Shown here: piece after piece, positions 41,401-54,000 of the stretch
Numbering within the stretch: position 1 is the stretch's first letter
Layout: each line of letters opens with the position of its first letter
Assembly (NCBI GenBank): GCA_000934665.2
Contig: KZ537991.1
Location: 62,001-126,000, forward strand
Direction: 5' to 3'
DNA from: Catajapyx aquilonaris
Lineage: Eukaryota
DNA length: 64,000 nt
Notes under the pieces: model-generated
Databases searched by the model: none
What the model was told of the DNA's origin: nothing
The model's input: the letters and a program-made list of their open reading frames with translations, nothing else
Program-made: the position numbers and the translations under genes

Positions 41401-42730
41401 TCTTATATTATATCCTTTTTCTCTCCTCTTTCCATCGCATCTGCCTGCATTTCCAGCCCTGTGGGCAACTGAAGGCACCACAAACAACCGCAGGGAGAAG
41501 TGCTTTCCACAGCAGCCTTTTCCTAGCACGCAACATGCATACCAAATATCTCTGACGGCGTTCTCATTCCTTCCTCTTTTCCCCGGGTCCGCAGGATCCT
41601 CCCTAGAAAAGCGCTTTTGTCCCTCTCTTGCAACTGATGGGAAGGAATGATGCTCAAATTTACGAGGAATTCGTGTGCTCCTGCTTGCTGCAGGATATAC
41701 CGCGGGGTCCCCTGTCACGTATCGACAACTCCTATATTTTGAACCTACAACACAGGGATTTTCCATTCGACACCTTTACGACGTGACTAAAGTGTGTGAA
41801 TAAATGATATCTAAGTCAGTTTTGTTTCCTTATACGCGTAACCGCCTCAGAAGTGTTTATCTGACGATTCAGGCTTCGTTTGAGAAGCTCTCTCGCAGCC
41901 TATTGTTAAGCCAACAAGCTTTGTTTGCCTGTGGAGGAGACCTATGTTTAATTAGTCCAGATTTGAGCTTGGGCAAAAGGGGTGAAAGTCAGAAAGGGGA
42001 GGGGGGGGGAGAGAAAAAATAGGTATTACACGCGAACGTCGTGCATGACACTAGTGTCGTTCTGGGAAAGGGCCTTCCTCAAGCAGTGCGCTTCCATTCA
42101 GTCACGCACACTTTGTTGGTTTTTCTTCTTTCTCCCCCATCTCCCCCTCCACACCCTCCCTCCTTCCAATCCGAAAACACAGTTTGCCAATCGACCATTG
42201 TTTCCTTGAAATGATTAGGCGGGATGGCGCTAACAGGTTTCGTGTAAGGCTTGAGACCCCGATTCTTTCCAAGCATGGAGAGGGTAATTTGTGTACTCCC
42301 TTCGAACCCCCCACCATGACAGTATAAAGCCGTCAGGAATAGAAACACCTGACGCGACTTTTGGATTTTTTGGTCGGAGGGGAGAAGAACGACTTAGCCA
42401 GATAAAAGTTGAGCGCGTGTGGGACACGTTTCGGTTTTCTGGCTAATCTGTGTCTAAACGGAAATATGGGATCAGATACAGCTTGATGTGTTGTCAGTAT
42501 AATGCAATGAAATGAGGGTTCAAGAAGGTGGCGTGGAACGGATTAATTTAAATGAAACAGCTGGAAATAAAGGGTCGAATTTTCGTCTCACTATTAGTTA
42601 CTGCTAGCAGTAGCAGTGGGAAGAAAATTCCACTCATAGTCTTATGCAGTTTAACAAGTAATTCTTTAAAAATAGACTAAGTTGGAATGTGCTAATAATA
42701 CCAAGAAAAATTTAATATCCTGGCCAAAAA

Positions 42731-42800
42731 TGGCTCCAAAATGTCAAAATATCATTCAAAACCCGGGTCTTGAATTGATATTTTGACAGTTTTGGAGCCA
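42731..42800. repeat. 70-bp near-perfect palindrome
   Basis: TGGCTCCAAAATGTCAAAATATCATTCAAAACCC|GGGTCTTGAATTGATATTTTGACAGTTTTGGAGCCA; two 1-nt indels and one mismatch, centred on CCCGGG. Confidence 0.85.
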
Positions 42801-45800
42801 CAATTGCTTTCAAAGTGTGAAGAGAAAATTTTATTGCCATTACAGGCTAATAAAGTTCCAAAATTGCTTTTTAAAATTTTAGCGAAATAAATACATAGTA
42901 TCAGAATTTATTCATAATTCTCTCTCTGGACGTGGCCTTATGTGTGGCTTAGCCATTTTCGCTCAAATTAAAGGAAGAGGAAGTGCAAAGGGAGCAATGC
43001 ACACACACAACGCGGTAATTGTCAGATTTGCCATTGCCTTCAGGCGACTTTCTATTTCGTCCTTTTGTTTTGGGTCAGAGGAAATTCACTTACGTGGCCC
43101 AGGCATTGTGTTGGAAGCTCATGGAGAGAGAGGCTTGGACTATACGTGAATCCGGGCACACTTTGTGTGCCACTCTGCAAGGAATATTTTTGGGAGGAAA
43201 AAAAAATTGTGCCGAGAGAAAATCGCTGCACTGCTGGCGAGGATTCATTATGCAGTACAACTCGGCGTCGAAATCTCTGGGTTTTAGGAAATAACATTCC
43301 TGGACTCGTCTCCCGAGAGGTGAGCAGATTTATGGCTGGCTTCGGGCTAATCCTGATATGTGCCGACATTATTTACTTGTAAAGCAGCTTTGTTTCGCTC
43401 AGTTTGTTAACTAAACTCCCCGCCTCTCTTTTTTTCCATATAAAAAAACCTCTCTCATACAGGCAATCTGGTGTCCCTCATGTGTTGTTTTGCAGCCCGA
43501 TTTCACAAGTTGGGTTCGTTTTGCCAGGCCCAATGGAGGGGCAATAAAACCTAGAGGGGGTATTTTTTCGGAGGGAGGTGAAACTGGAAGATGCGACCGG
43601 TCCAGGGACACTCAGGACGACCCGAAAAAAATGGAAATCCGGACATTTGTTGCACTGTCACGTCTAGGATATTCCAAGAAGTGTATTTCGTTGTGGGAGT
43701 TTTACAGGCCGCTTTGTCTTTCAACTAACCTGATTTGAACAGTTTCCATTTTATGTTTCAGTAGGCCTAGTATTTCTTCCAACAAGTGTACACGCCATAT
43801 GTAGGCTAAGAGGTGATTGGCGTGTGTGATAGAAGGGTTGCCAGAGTCAAGGGCATGTTCCACCTGTGTGGAAAGCTAAATTAGTGCCTTACAGGACTGA
43901 AATATATGCACTGGTGACAGTCCTAACCAGATCCTGAAACATGACATTAATCAAGCCGTCCCCCTTCCTTTCTTTGAATTCCTCGATAACAAACAGTGTT
44001 ACCAGTATATGGTCACACAGCTGGCAACGGCAGCCATGTTGGGGCTGGGTTCAGGAAGACACCTGCTGTTTCCGTATTGAGAAAATGGGATTCAAATTAT
44101 AAGTCCCTTTTCAAAACGAGTTCCCCTTCCCGTCCCTTGGAGTGATATTTGTTCCTGTTTCGTGTCCATTAAGATGGACAGGGAGGGCTGTGCCAGGTGC
44201 GGACAAGATGATGACCAGAGATTATGGGTCGGATCGAGGCACGTGGCCATCATGAGTGTCCATAAGTCATGCGAAATGCGTTGCATTGAGCTGGTTGCAA
44301 TGTGATGCAATTATCATGGGCCCTCCCAATTAATGCGTCACATTTAAACTCTGTATCCTTTTCTACATCATTAATTCAACCGTGCATGGGCTGGCATTAT
44401 TTCCAGAATGACAAGCGTCACAGTGACTGATTACAAATAATTTGGAAATTGGGATTGGGTGGGGAGGGGGAGGGGGTACCCAACCCACCACCCAAAATTT
44501 TTAATGACCCATGCTTACCGATTTTCAATTATACAAATAGCACTTAATCTCTTTAACAGAGATTCGAGCGCAAATTAATTGCGTTCCAATTATGTCAGGT
44601 TACACTTCTTCCAATTAAATAATTAGTGGTACAACCATATCCGACATAATTAATGGGGCGGCGTTGTTCAAACCTCTATTGTCATGCTGACTCACCCCAC
44701 TGTAAAGTATATACGGTGTATATATCGACTGGTGGGGAAAAAAACGCGTGCAATGCAAACATTTGCAATACATTTCGACTTAGATCATCGCAATAAAGAA
44801 GAGTGATTCCTAGCTAATAAAATGCAGGCTCTGTGTATACACAAAGAGAGGGGACTGAAAAAAAGAGGAAAAAGTGTCGTACGTGTGATGGATCAGTCAA
44901 TTACAGAGACGTTTGGCCCATGTCCCCTTCTATTCAGATGCAAATATCCGGGGTCCCACTTATTACTACCCGGAACGGCCACACGGACCCCCTATATAAA
45001 AAAATCGAATCCACAAATTTTGAATGATTCATTGAACCTCTCCAATGACGAATACCACATTAGTTTTGCTGAGAGGTCTCCCCCCCCCCTCCTCTTACTT
45101 TCCCTCTGCACTTAATTCATGAGGCTTTCCATACCTTCATCGATGGTCCTACCCTCCACCGACATCATTTAGATCCGATATGACATATTTCAACCCCACC
45201 TCACTCCGCTCAATCTCCTTTCATATCGATGGAGACGATCCAAATGTAATTGCAGGACGACCAGGAAATGCCTCGGCTTAATATTCTCCAGGGGTTAACC
45301 TCATTTTTTGTGGGGAGGACATGGTGTAATATTCTCTACATATGCGATGAGAGTACGTACCTTATGAGGCCCGCTGCAAGTGGTTGACAGCATACACCTG
45401 AAAAGGAAATTATGGATATAAGACTTACTGTACTGCATAATAACACGAACATGTCAGCACATGAGCATAATCATCTTGAATAAACTATACTCTGAAATGA
45501 TGTAACCAAATCCAATGTATAGAAACTGGAGAATGTGCAAGTGAATACAATTACACAATTACACACACGCGATGCATCACCAATGCAACAATCCCTTCTG
45601 ACATATTTTTAGAGTACCGTATACACTGACAACGTACGCTGTATTGAACAATTAAGGCAACTTTCAGACTCTTCACTTCTTCAGTATACACTGTAAAAAA
45701 AAGCGACTCACCTTTTATCCCAAAATAAGCATTGCATGATAGGAACCTTCGACCGATATTATCAAATCAAATGCCCGGGTGCAATATAACTCCACACTTA

Positions 45801-47956
45801 TCACCAGAAAATTTTCCCTTATCAACAGTTGCAACACCAGCAATTAGAGTGTAATAACTCCTTAATCTAACTAGGCTCGACCAAACTGTATTATATAGTG
45901 TAGGAGTAATAATGTGACTTTCGATAATTCAATGCCTGGCTTTGCTTTTACCTTGACCCAGATTAGTCAAATTATGAAAAATCAGGGGGGGATCGAAGCC
46001 TTTGCACAAGAAAAGCTCACCCACGCTCGTGCCTTTCACCGAGTAATTTGCGATTACAATCGATCAGGCCCCGGTACTATAGGCCGCACTACCCGGAATG
46101 ATAAAAAAAAAATCACACAGGATATGACCAGGTGGGCTAATTCACCGAAATCATGGCTAGTCAAATGGGGGTTTCCCACCCGCAAAACTTGACGAATTAT
46201 CACCACTCTGCGTGTTCCAATTGTCCTTTTTTTGGTTAGCAAATTTTTTTTGCTCTAAGCCACTTATCAGTTTTAGCTATTCAGCAGCCGCTAATACTTA
46301 TAAATAACTGCTGAAAAATAATATTGTAGTGTGTATGAATAATTTATTGAAATCTGCAGCTAATAATAAACTCAGGTTTACTCTTTCAAGTATATGCATA
46401 AGAATAAATTTGTTGGGTAGCAAATATCACCAACTGAAACTGTAAACCTCATAATTTGGACCCAGCCCCTCTCTGTATATACACTGAGGGCTAGTTCAAG
46501 CCCCGACAACTCTCGGTGGTATCCCTGACTGCTTCCGCTCCCTGGCGAGTAAAATACTGCTAACAAACTGCCGTCTCCATTCCAGAACATTTCTCCGGGA
46601 GAGTCCCCAGTCCGCAAGTTCCGGTCTACTTTCTCCCATAATCTGCCTTCCACGGCGACACAATTCAGTTCAATTCAGCAGTTTAGTCGGAAATTACTAG
46701 GCACGTTCGGGGGATCCTCCTGGGCAATTCAAGAGACGCTCGAAAGAGTTATGATCTGCTCCATAGTACCCAATTTTGTTTTGTTTTTTTTGCAAAACCC
46801 GGTTTTTGGTATGTTATGCGGCGGCAACGACATTTGAATTTGCCTCTGGGTGTAAAATATTTCAACCCCCCTCGTTCATCACGATCAGCGCTGCGGGTGA
46901 GCCTAATCCTCAGGATTAGGAGGCGAATTGGTCGCATAAAAATCTCCAAGAGGGGGGGGTGCATTAATTGCGTTTCTGACTGGGTTGGTTCCAGGGAATA
47001 TCCGGTCTAAGGAGACGGAGGCGGTGACGAGGTTTCGTGTGTAAGTGATGAGATTCTGAGGTAAAAAAAAGTCGGTAACAGCACAGTGTTTGGCTGCGTC
47101 GCTCGTCCAATGGCAGCGTCCAAATCTGTGTCTCCTGATTCGCAAAATTGCGCACTAATGTCGCCATAATTTTGCTCCGTTTTTAGCATCCTCCCCTCTC
47201 ATCTTCCTTCCCACACTTTAATTACGCAAGTCGTCTGACGACTTTTGAAAAATACGTCGCTTCATTTCCATAAATTCCAGTCCAACTTCCCAGCTTCAAC
47301 ACCCAAACCCTTACGTCCCATTTCCTCTTCTGCTGCGGCCCTGAAGCGACATCACGTCCAAAAGGCAAAAAGACTGTATAAATGAAGAGAGAGAGAGAGA
47401 GTCACGGGCCTATTAAGTATGAAGGAAAACGACAGTGCAGAGCAGTATCAACCGATTTACCTTTCCCTCCATCGCTCTTCACGACTCTGCTCTTCTATAG
47501 TTCCCCCCTCCCAAAAAAGAGCGAGATTCCGATAGCAAAACGAAATCTGCTGCCGGCGGTTCGGGCTTAAATTGGAATCCCACTAGGGGAACTCCATAAA
47601 ACGACCCATTACGACACTTCTAAGTCCTATTAATGCGCTCCGGCCCAGTCCCAAACACTCCTTCCGCCGATATCAACCCACCAAGAAAAATAAAAAAAGG
47701 AACCCTCCCAACCCTTCCCCCTTCTACCAAAATACGATCTCCAAAAATTTACTCTTCACTAGTCCATTCTGCAACCCCTCACAGCCGCCATCTTTAACGT
47801 TTATTATCTCCCCGGAATCGTCCGGAGCTTCTGACAACGCTGATGAAAATTGCTTGTAGTTATCACAAATCACAAGCACATTTCTCTCTTGGCAGGGACG
47901 GAGATGGAAGAAGGGGAGGGTAAAGGAGGGATGTAGAATAAAGGAGGGGGGGGGGG

Positions 47957-47964
47957 NNNNNNNN
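47957..47964. other. Undetermined bases at a G/C homopolymer (also 16817-16822)
   Basis: Runs of N abutting poly-G or poly-C; true length is uncertain. Confidence 0.9.
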
Positions 47965-48358
47965 GAAGGGAAGAGAATTGCCAGGGGAAAGGAAAACGAA
48001 GGAACAGGATGGAAGCTTACAGGGGAGGGTCAGGGAATTGGCTTACTAAGAGCAAACGTCTGGGAAGACCAGGAAAAGCACTCGTAAACGTGGCAGCAAG
48101 AAGGTTAATGGTCTCCGTTTGCTCGTAATTCGCGGAGCCGTGGCTCCTTGCCCGGCAATACAAATACGGTACGCCATTACTCGCTCTGCAGAAAAACCTG
48201 AGTTTGCACTGATGTTTTTTTGAAAGAAAAAAAAATCGTGCAAACCAGTCAGAATAACAATCTTCCAGTAAAATTATATCCAACATGAAAATGCCAATCT
48301 AGTTGCGAAACCTTTTTGCAACCGGTTATAGGACTAGGCTTAAATCATCCGCGATATC

Positions 48359-48360
<2 letters not shown>

Positions 48361-48388
<28 letters not shown>
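48361..48388. repeat. (CA)14 microsatellite
   Basis: Uninterrupted CA run. Confidence 0.97.
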
Positions 48389-48393
<5 letters not shown>

Positions 48394-49045
48394 TGGAACC
48401 GTGGTCCTAATTACTAACGCGCCGGCCGCACAAACATATGAATACGAGTTATCGGTGATCAAAGGTGACATTTATTTGGCACGACACAGAAGCGCTGGGG
48501 GTAAAAAGAGCTGGACAAAAGTGCGACATGGGGGAAATGATACCGTTATGCAATCGGACAAGCACGCGAAATGGTTGGAAGGGCTTCTGTCATGCGATCC
48601 GTGGCCCAGCATAAATTGCATAGCCATCAGGACTATTGCAACATTTTGCGTGGGTGGAAAAGGGGGGGGGATTTACTTCCGGTGCGTTGGAACTGTTGCT
48701 ATAAAAAGAGAACGTGACGTTATCGCTGTAACGAGTAGGTTTGAACGCGCCCTAAACAACAACTGATTGGTCTTAGCAATAATGAGCCTGAATGATTACA
48801 AAATTATCTGGCAGAAAATGTGCACAATCTATTTTTTTTTTGTTGTCAAGATATAGGCTGCTTAATTCTGCATCCTTTGCTTCAGCACCGATAGTGTCAT
48901 GTAGCCCCATCGCAACATGACCCTGCACCATCCAGCGTGGCAGATTTTCCACTTGGACCCTCATTGAGCCCCTGCATAATTCAGCAAACCATAGCAATCT
49001 GCAGTAGTACATGTTTGGAGGGGAGGGGATGAGGGGAGGAGGAGG

Positions 49046-49081
49046 GGGGCGTTGAATGCTGTTGCAAGCATTCAACGCCCC
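49046..49081. repeat. Perfect 15-bp stem, 6-nt loop
   Basis: GGGGCGTTGAATGCT-GTTGCA-AGCATTCAACGCCCC. Confidence 0.85.
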
Positions 49082-49349
49082 GGATATTTTCCTGGGCCCC
49101 AGCATTCATTTGGCAAACAATGCTGTTGCGAGTAGCCCTTCCGCATCGACACCCCAACTGCATTATCAGTCGATTGTGAAAGGTTTTGTGTCGATCAGCC
49201 CCAGAAGAGCTCGTCAGTGCAGATATTGGCACAGATCATAAATAAGCGACCTCAAACGCGGTGTGTGATGCCCAGCAGTAACCAACGCGACAGATGGCAC
49301 TGGGGTTAAATTGTGGTAGTGGCTCAGGCGACTGCGAAACTGAGTAGGA

Positions 49350-49642
49350 ACGTCCAACCAATGGGGGTTGAGAACGTCCTTACGCATGCGCAACTACGTA
49401 GTTACGTCCAACCAATGAGAGTTGAGAACGTTCTTACGCATGCGCAACTACGTATAGTTACACTTACGTCCCACCAATGGGAGCCGAGAACGTCCTTACG
49501 CCTGCGCAACTACGTATAGTTACACTTACGTCCCACCAATGGGAGCCGAGAACGTCCTTACGCATGCGCAACTACGCAGTTACGTCCAACCAATTGGAGT
49601 TGAGAACGTTCTTACGCATGCGCCACTACCTGCCACTACTCA
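49350..49642 (+). repeat. 54/62-bp minisatellite, left part (5 units)
   Basis: Unit ACGTCCAACCAATGGGAGTTGAGAACGTCCTTACGCATGCGCAACTACGCAGTT starts at 49350, 49404, 49466, 49528 and 49582 (periods 54, 62, 62, 54). Confidence 0.95.
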
Positions 49643-50854
49643 CAAGGGAAGGTCACGGGGTGATAATGTCAGATCTTGATGAAATTGGACATGCTAATAC
49701 AGGACAATATATGATGCCCAAAAATGAAATATTTCGTGCGGAACCCCATATTTGCAAAAGTTATGACGTCTTGAAGTTCCAAAAATAATACATTTTCATA
49801 CTCCATGGGATTACATTAGCGACCACATATAATGACATTGAAGTGTGTAATCAGTTTCTAGTCCTTTTCTCGTCGGAAAAAGTCCTACATAACGGCTCTG
49901 GCCGTCCGTCCGTCCGTCTGTGGACATGTATAAAGGCCTAAACCGTAAGAGATAGCGACAAACGGTTTTCATATTCGGATTGAGTGACCAAAATAGGTTT
50001 CATGGTCAACTTCTGGTGACCCGCCACTTCCGGTCTTCCGGGTTCACTCTATCCGCACAAGTCTATACTTTACGGGCGGGTTATCGTTGGATTTCGAAGT
50101 TAGTTTCCGTGTATTCCTGACCGTGTTTTTCCGGGATTTACGCCGAGTTTTACCTGACTCTCTGGCACAGGGGCTGTGGAATTTATTCCTGACGTTGGAC
50201 ATGTTTGCAATGAGCGTCGTCGGCTGCCATGATGTTATCGCCCAAGCCGATACTGGAATCGATATGTTGCCTAGGTTACGATATATCGATTCACATGCTC
50301 CCTGAAAGAATGAGAAAAGGTCTCATCGAATCACGCTCACGTGAGGTAAAACCCGGAGTAAATCCCCGAAAAACACGGTCAGGAATGCACGGAAACTAAC
50401 GGTATCCAACGATAACCCGCCCGTAAAGTAGACTTGTGCGGATAGAGTGAACCCGGAAGACCGGAAGTGGCGGGTCACCAGAAGTTGACCATGAAACCTA
50501 TTTTGGTCACTCTCAATCCGAATATGAAAACCGTTTGTCGCTATCTCTTACGGTTTAGGCCTTTATACCTGTCCACAGACGGACGGACGGACGGCCAGAG
50601 CCGTTCTGTAGGACTTTTTTCCGACGAGAAAAGGACTAGAAACTGATTACACACTTCAATGTCATTATATGTGGTCGCTAATGTAATCCCATGGAGTATG
50701 AAAATGTATTATTTTTGGAACTTCAAGACGTCATAACTTTTGCAAATATGGGGTTCCGCACGAAATATTTCATTTTTGGGCATCATATATTGTCCTGTAT
50801 TAGCATGTCCAATTTCATCAAGATCCGTCATTATCACCCCGTGACCTTCCCTTG
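49643..50854. mobile_element. Non-autonomous fold-back DNA transposon, Tc4/Tc5-like (TcMar), 1212 bp
   Basis: Arms ~49643-50158 and ~50341-50854 are near-perfect reverse complements around a ~180-bp spacer. Termini are CAAGGGAAGG...CCTTCCCTTG. TCA flanks both sides (49640-49642, 50855-50857) and the reconstructed empty site is CTCAG (CTNAG), the Tc4/Tc5 target pattern. No transposase ORF. Family assignment relies on my recall of the Tc5 terminus. Confidence 0.85.
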
Positions 50855-51053
50855 TCAGTTACGTCCTACCAATGGGAGTTGAGAACGTCCTTACGCATGC
50901 GCAACTACGCAGTTACGTCCAACCAATGGGAGTTGAGAACGTCCTTACGCATGCGCAACTACGCAGTTACGTCCAACCAATGGGGGTTGCGAACGTCCTT
51001 ATGCATGCGCAATAGTTACATCCCACCAATAGGGGTTGAGAACGTTCTTACGC
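50855..51053 (+). repeat. 54-bp minisatellite, right part (3 units plus a partial)
   Basis: Same unit and orientation, starting at 50861, 50915, 50969 and 51018. It resumes in register after the transposon. Confidence 0.95.
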
Positions 51054-54000
51054 TATCATGGTAGCGCTTTTAGATGGAACGTTCTTAGACATCGCCGGTA
51101 TAAACGGCCGTTTAGATTTGATGCGTTGACTAGCTGTGGATCACGCTTACAAAATCAAGCCTGTGTGGAAATTTTACGATCCCATCAGCAATTTTCCTAT
51201 TTTGAATCTCCCCTCGACACTTAACTACACTTTTCGCTACGGCCGAACCTAAACACGATCAATTAAATTTTTAATCCACAGCGGACACTTTGTGGGCCGT
51301 AAAAAGCGGGACTTTATGCAAGGGAAGACCATAACACTGGGTAGTGAGAGAGAGGACTCGGGGAGCTCTGCAGAGCAGCACTACCCGCGTTGCGACTTTA
51401 TAAATGGACTGATACAGTATACCCCCAGCATCTGGAAAACCAATAAAACTGTCGAGGCTAAGCGTCAGGATTTATGGTTATCTGATAGCAATCAATGCCA
51501 GCGAATTGTAATTTACTGCGATTGATACCAAAATTTGTAGCCAGGGTATAAAGGCTTAGAAGAGGTAATGCCATCAAGTTAGGAATATCGAACCATGCAC
51601 CTATTTTTGGAGAGGGCCAGCTCTCTTTTGCTGCAGCGGTGGAAAAAAGTGCTATCAGCTACAATATCTATAGAAGTAGCTGATGTTTTTTTCACTGCAA
51701 AAAGCAACAATTACATACAGCGATAAAGAGAGGTAAATTGTTACAAAATTTGTTTTAGCTGATACACCAATTTCCTTCCTTACTTTTCTTCTTCCATTCA
51801 GATACTGATGTCGAGAGAGTGCATAAAAATTGGTAGCATATTCCTCCAGGGAGTTAAGTATCAATACATGATTCATAGTGATACGCCATCATCCCCGGAT
51901 TTTCGTCTCCCCTACCCCTCCAGGCTCACACAATCAGAAGAGTCAAATGGCTCGTGTCCCTGAGGAGACCAAGGGAACACGAGACACAATATAGGAAACC
52001 CATCGGAGCCATGATTACCCGATCATCGTCCCCCCCCCCCCTCTCCCCTGTACACCTCACCTCCTCTTCTTCTTTCCTAATGGAGTAATGCCAGGCCACC
52101 CTCATCAATCTACATTTGGATCAGCCGAAATTGATCCATATGCCTGATTTGGACCCGACTGGGGAATGGCAGCCAGGTACATCATGATTGACGCCAAAGA
52201 TTTATTACCCGGTCCGCACTCTGAAAACGCCCGCCCCGAGCCGCCTCGTTTATTAGTGCCACTCAACGCGACGCTCCGGACGCCCCCGACGCCCCCCTCC
52301 GACGCTCCCGTCCAAAGCACCGTCCAGATGCCAGTACATCCCGGAGGAGCCTCTTTCCTTCCTGATGCTGCCAGCTCTTACCCAACACTATTGATATAAC
52401 ATTGATTTCAGGGCATGCACGTGGCTTCAGAAGATCAATCACTATAGGATCGTATGGGGGGGGGGGGGGACCGAAACTGTTATATTGGCCTTATAGTTTG
52501 CCCAAAAAAATATTATAAAAGTAGTAGGTAACAGCACCCAAAATTGACGTAATAAACCAGCGTGGATAGAACAGTTATTGAGCACAACCTGTTGTACCTA
52601 AGTGACTAACTAGCTGCTTGTATCCGTCCAAATACCACACGCTGTGGCATGACTGACACATGAAAATGTACATAACATACACCCAAAGTTTGCATACATG
52701 AACCAGTAATGGGTCCTGAGAGCTCGGGGGCTTTTAATGCGTGCAAAAATTAGCTATAACTCGACTTTTTAGTGCTCGAGCGTTGAAAGGCAAAACCTCA
52801 GTCAAGGGGTTCATAGCAGGGACATCAGATGTAGTTAGTTAGCGCCACCCACAGCCTCTCTCCTTCCAAGTCACTCCGAAGCTTGATACCATCCAGTCTG
52901 GTGACATTCGAATCATGTAATCTCGCGTTTCGTCCTAAATCAAACATTTAATTTGGGCCGGAAAAAGGGGACCCCAGCAGCACGCCATTCAGTCAGACCA
53001 AATCCCATATATCCAACCTGCCAGCGTATTTTCGCCAGATTACACCCCCAGTTTCTGTGTTGTCCCCTATAAGCATGCTGCAAGGAAAAGTGGTGGTCGC
53101 AAGAGCGTGACAAAAAAACACACACAAGTCAAGGGGACATTGCGACATGTAGGACACGAATGTGAAGTTATAATCAGACACGACGCCAACAAAAATCAGG
53201 GAAATCGGCCAACTACACCAATTACGATATCGATTCAGAGTCTAGTTTGCTTCCATTAATAACGAGAGAGCTCTCACCCACTTTTGCCAATTTTTTTGCG
53301 CGCGAAATTTTTTCGATGTTCTCCCCCCTTTTCTCCCCACATTACACAGTTCGCAACACAATGTCAGCGTTAAAATTTCCGGCAGCTGTACTACCCTAAA
53401 AAAAAGTGTAAACACGGATATAAATTATCACATTAAAAAAAAAAGTGTAACTGACATAATTGAGTAGAATTCGCCAACTACATTTGGAGGGAGGGGGTTT
53501 GCATCACGCCAGAGCGCGCCAATTTCAAACTGGCTGCACATTGGATCACGCTGCTTTCTCAATTTCGAGGGGGGGTTCCGTCAACAATGAACAACTGCTG
53601 AACCCCACCCTGATTACTCCGCGCTTTTGTACGCCTCAATTAGGCATTACTCCCAGTCCCAGAGTTTGATTACATCCATATTAAAATGGGGGAGGGACAC
53701 AGCCGGGTTATTTACTTACCATAAAATCCACTCGCACATGCGATTTAAATCTTCGAAAGGAGTGACTTTTTTCCTCACCTATAAAACTACAGGGTGATCC
53801 ACTGGCAAAGGGAACAGCAGGAGCCCAAATATGTTTGAAAACAAAAGGCTGGCAGTAATGCGACGCTAATGACCTGCTTTTGTCATGAACTGATCCTCTG
53901 ATCATCCATGGGGGGAAAAAATTTTCAGCAATAAAAAACCGGACGATTCGAAAATTAGCAATCCTACTCTCGACTGGCTGCCTGAATATAATTGCTGCGC

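Noticed and set aside
49046..49081. Hairpin as an intrinsic terminator or Helitron 3' end
   Set aside because: No immediate U-tract, no bacterial context, and no CTAG/CTRR terminus at the expected distance.
49350..51053. 54-bp array as a CRISPR array
   Set aside because: Units are wholly repeated with no unique spacers, there are no cas genes, and the context is eukaryotic.
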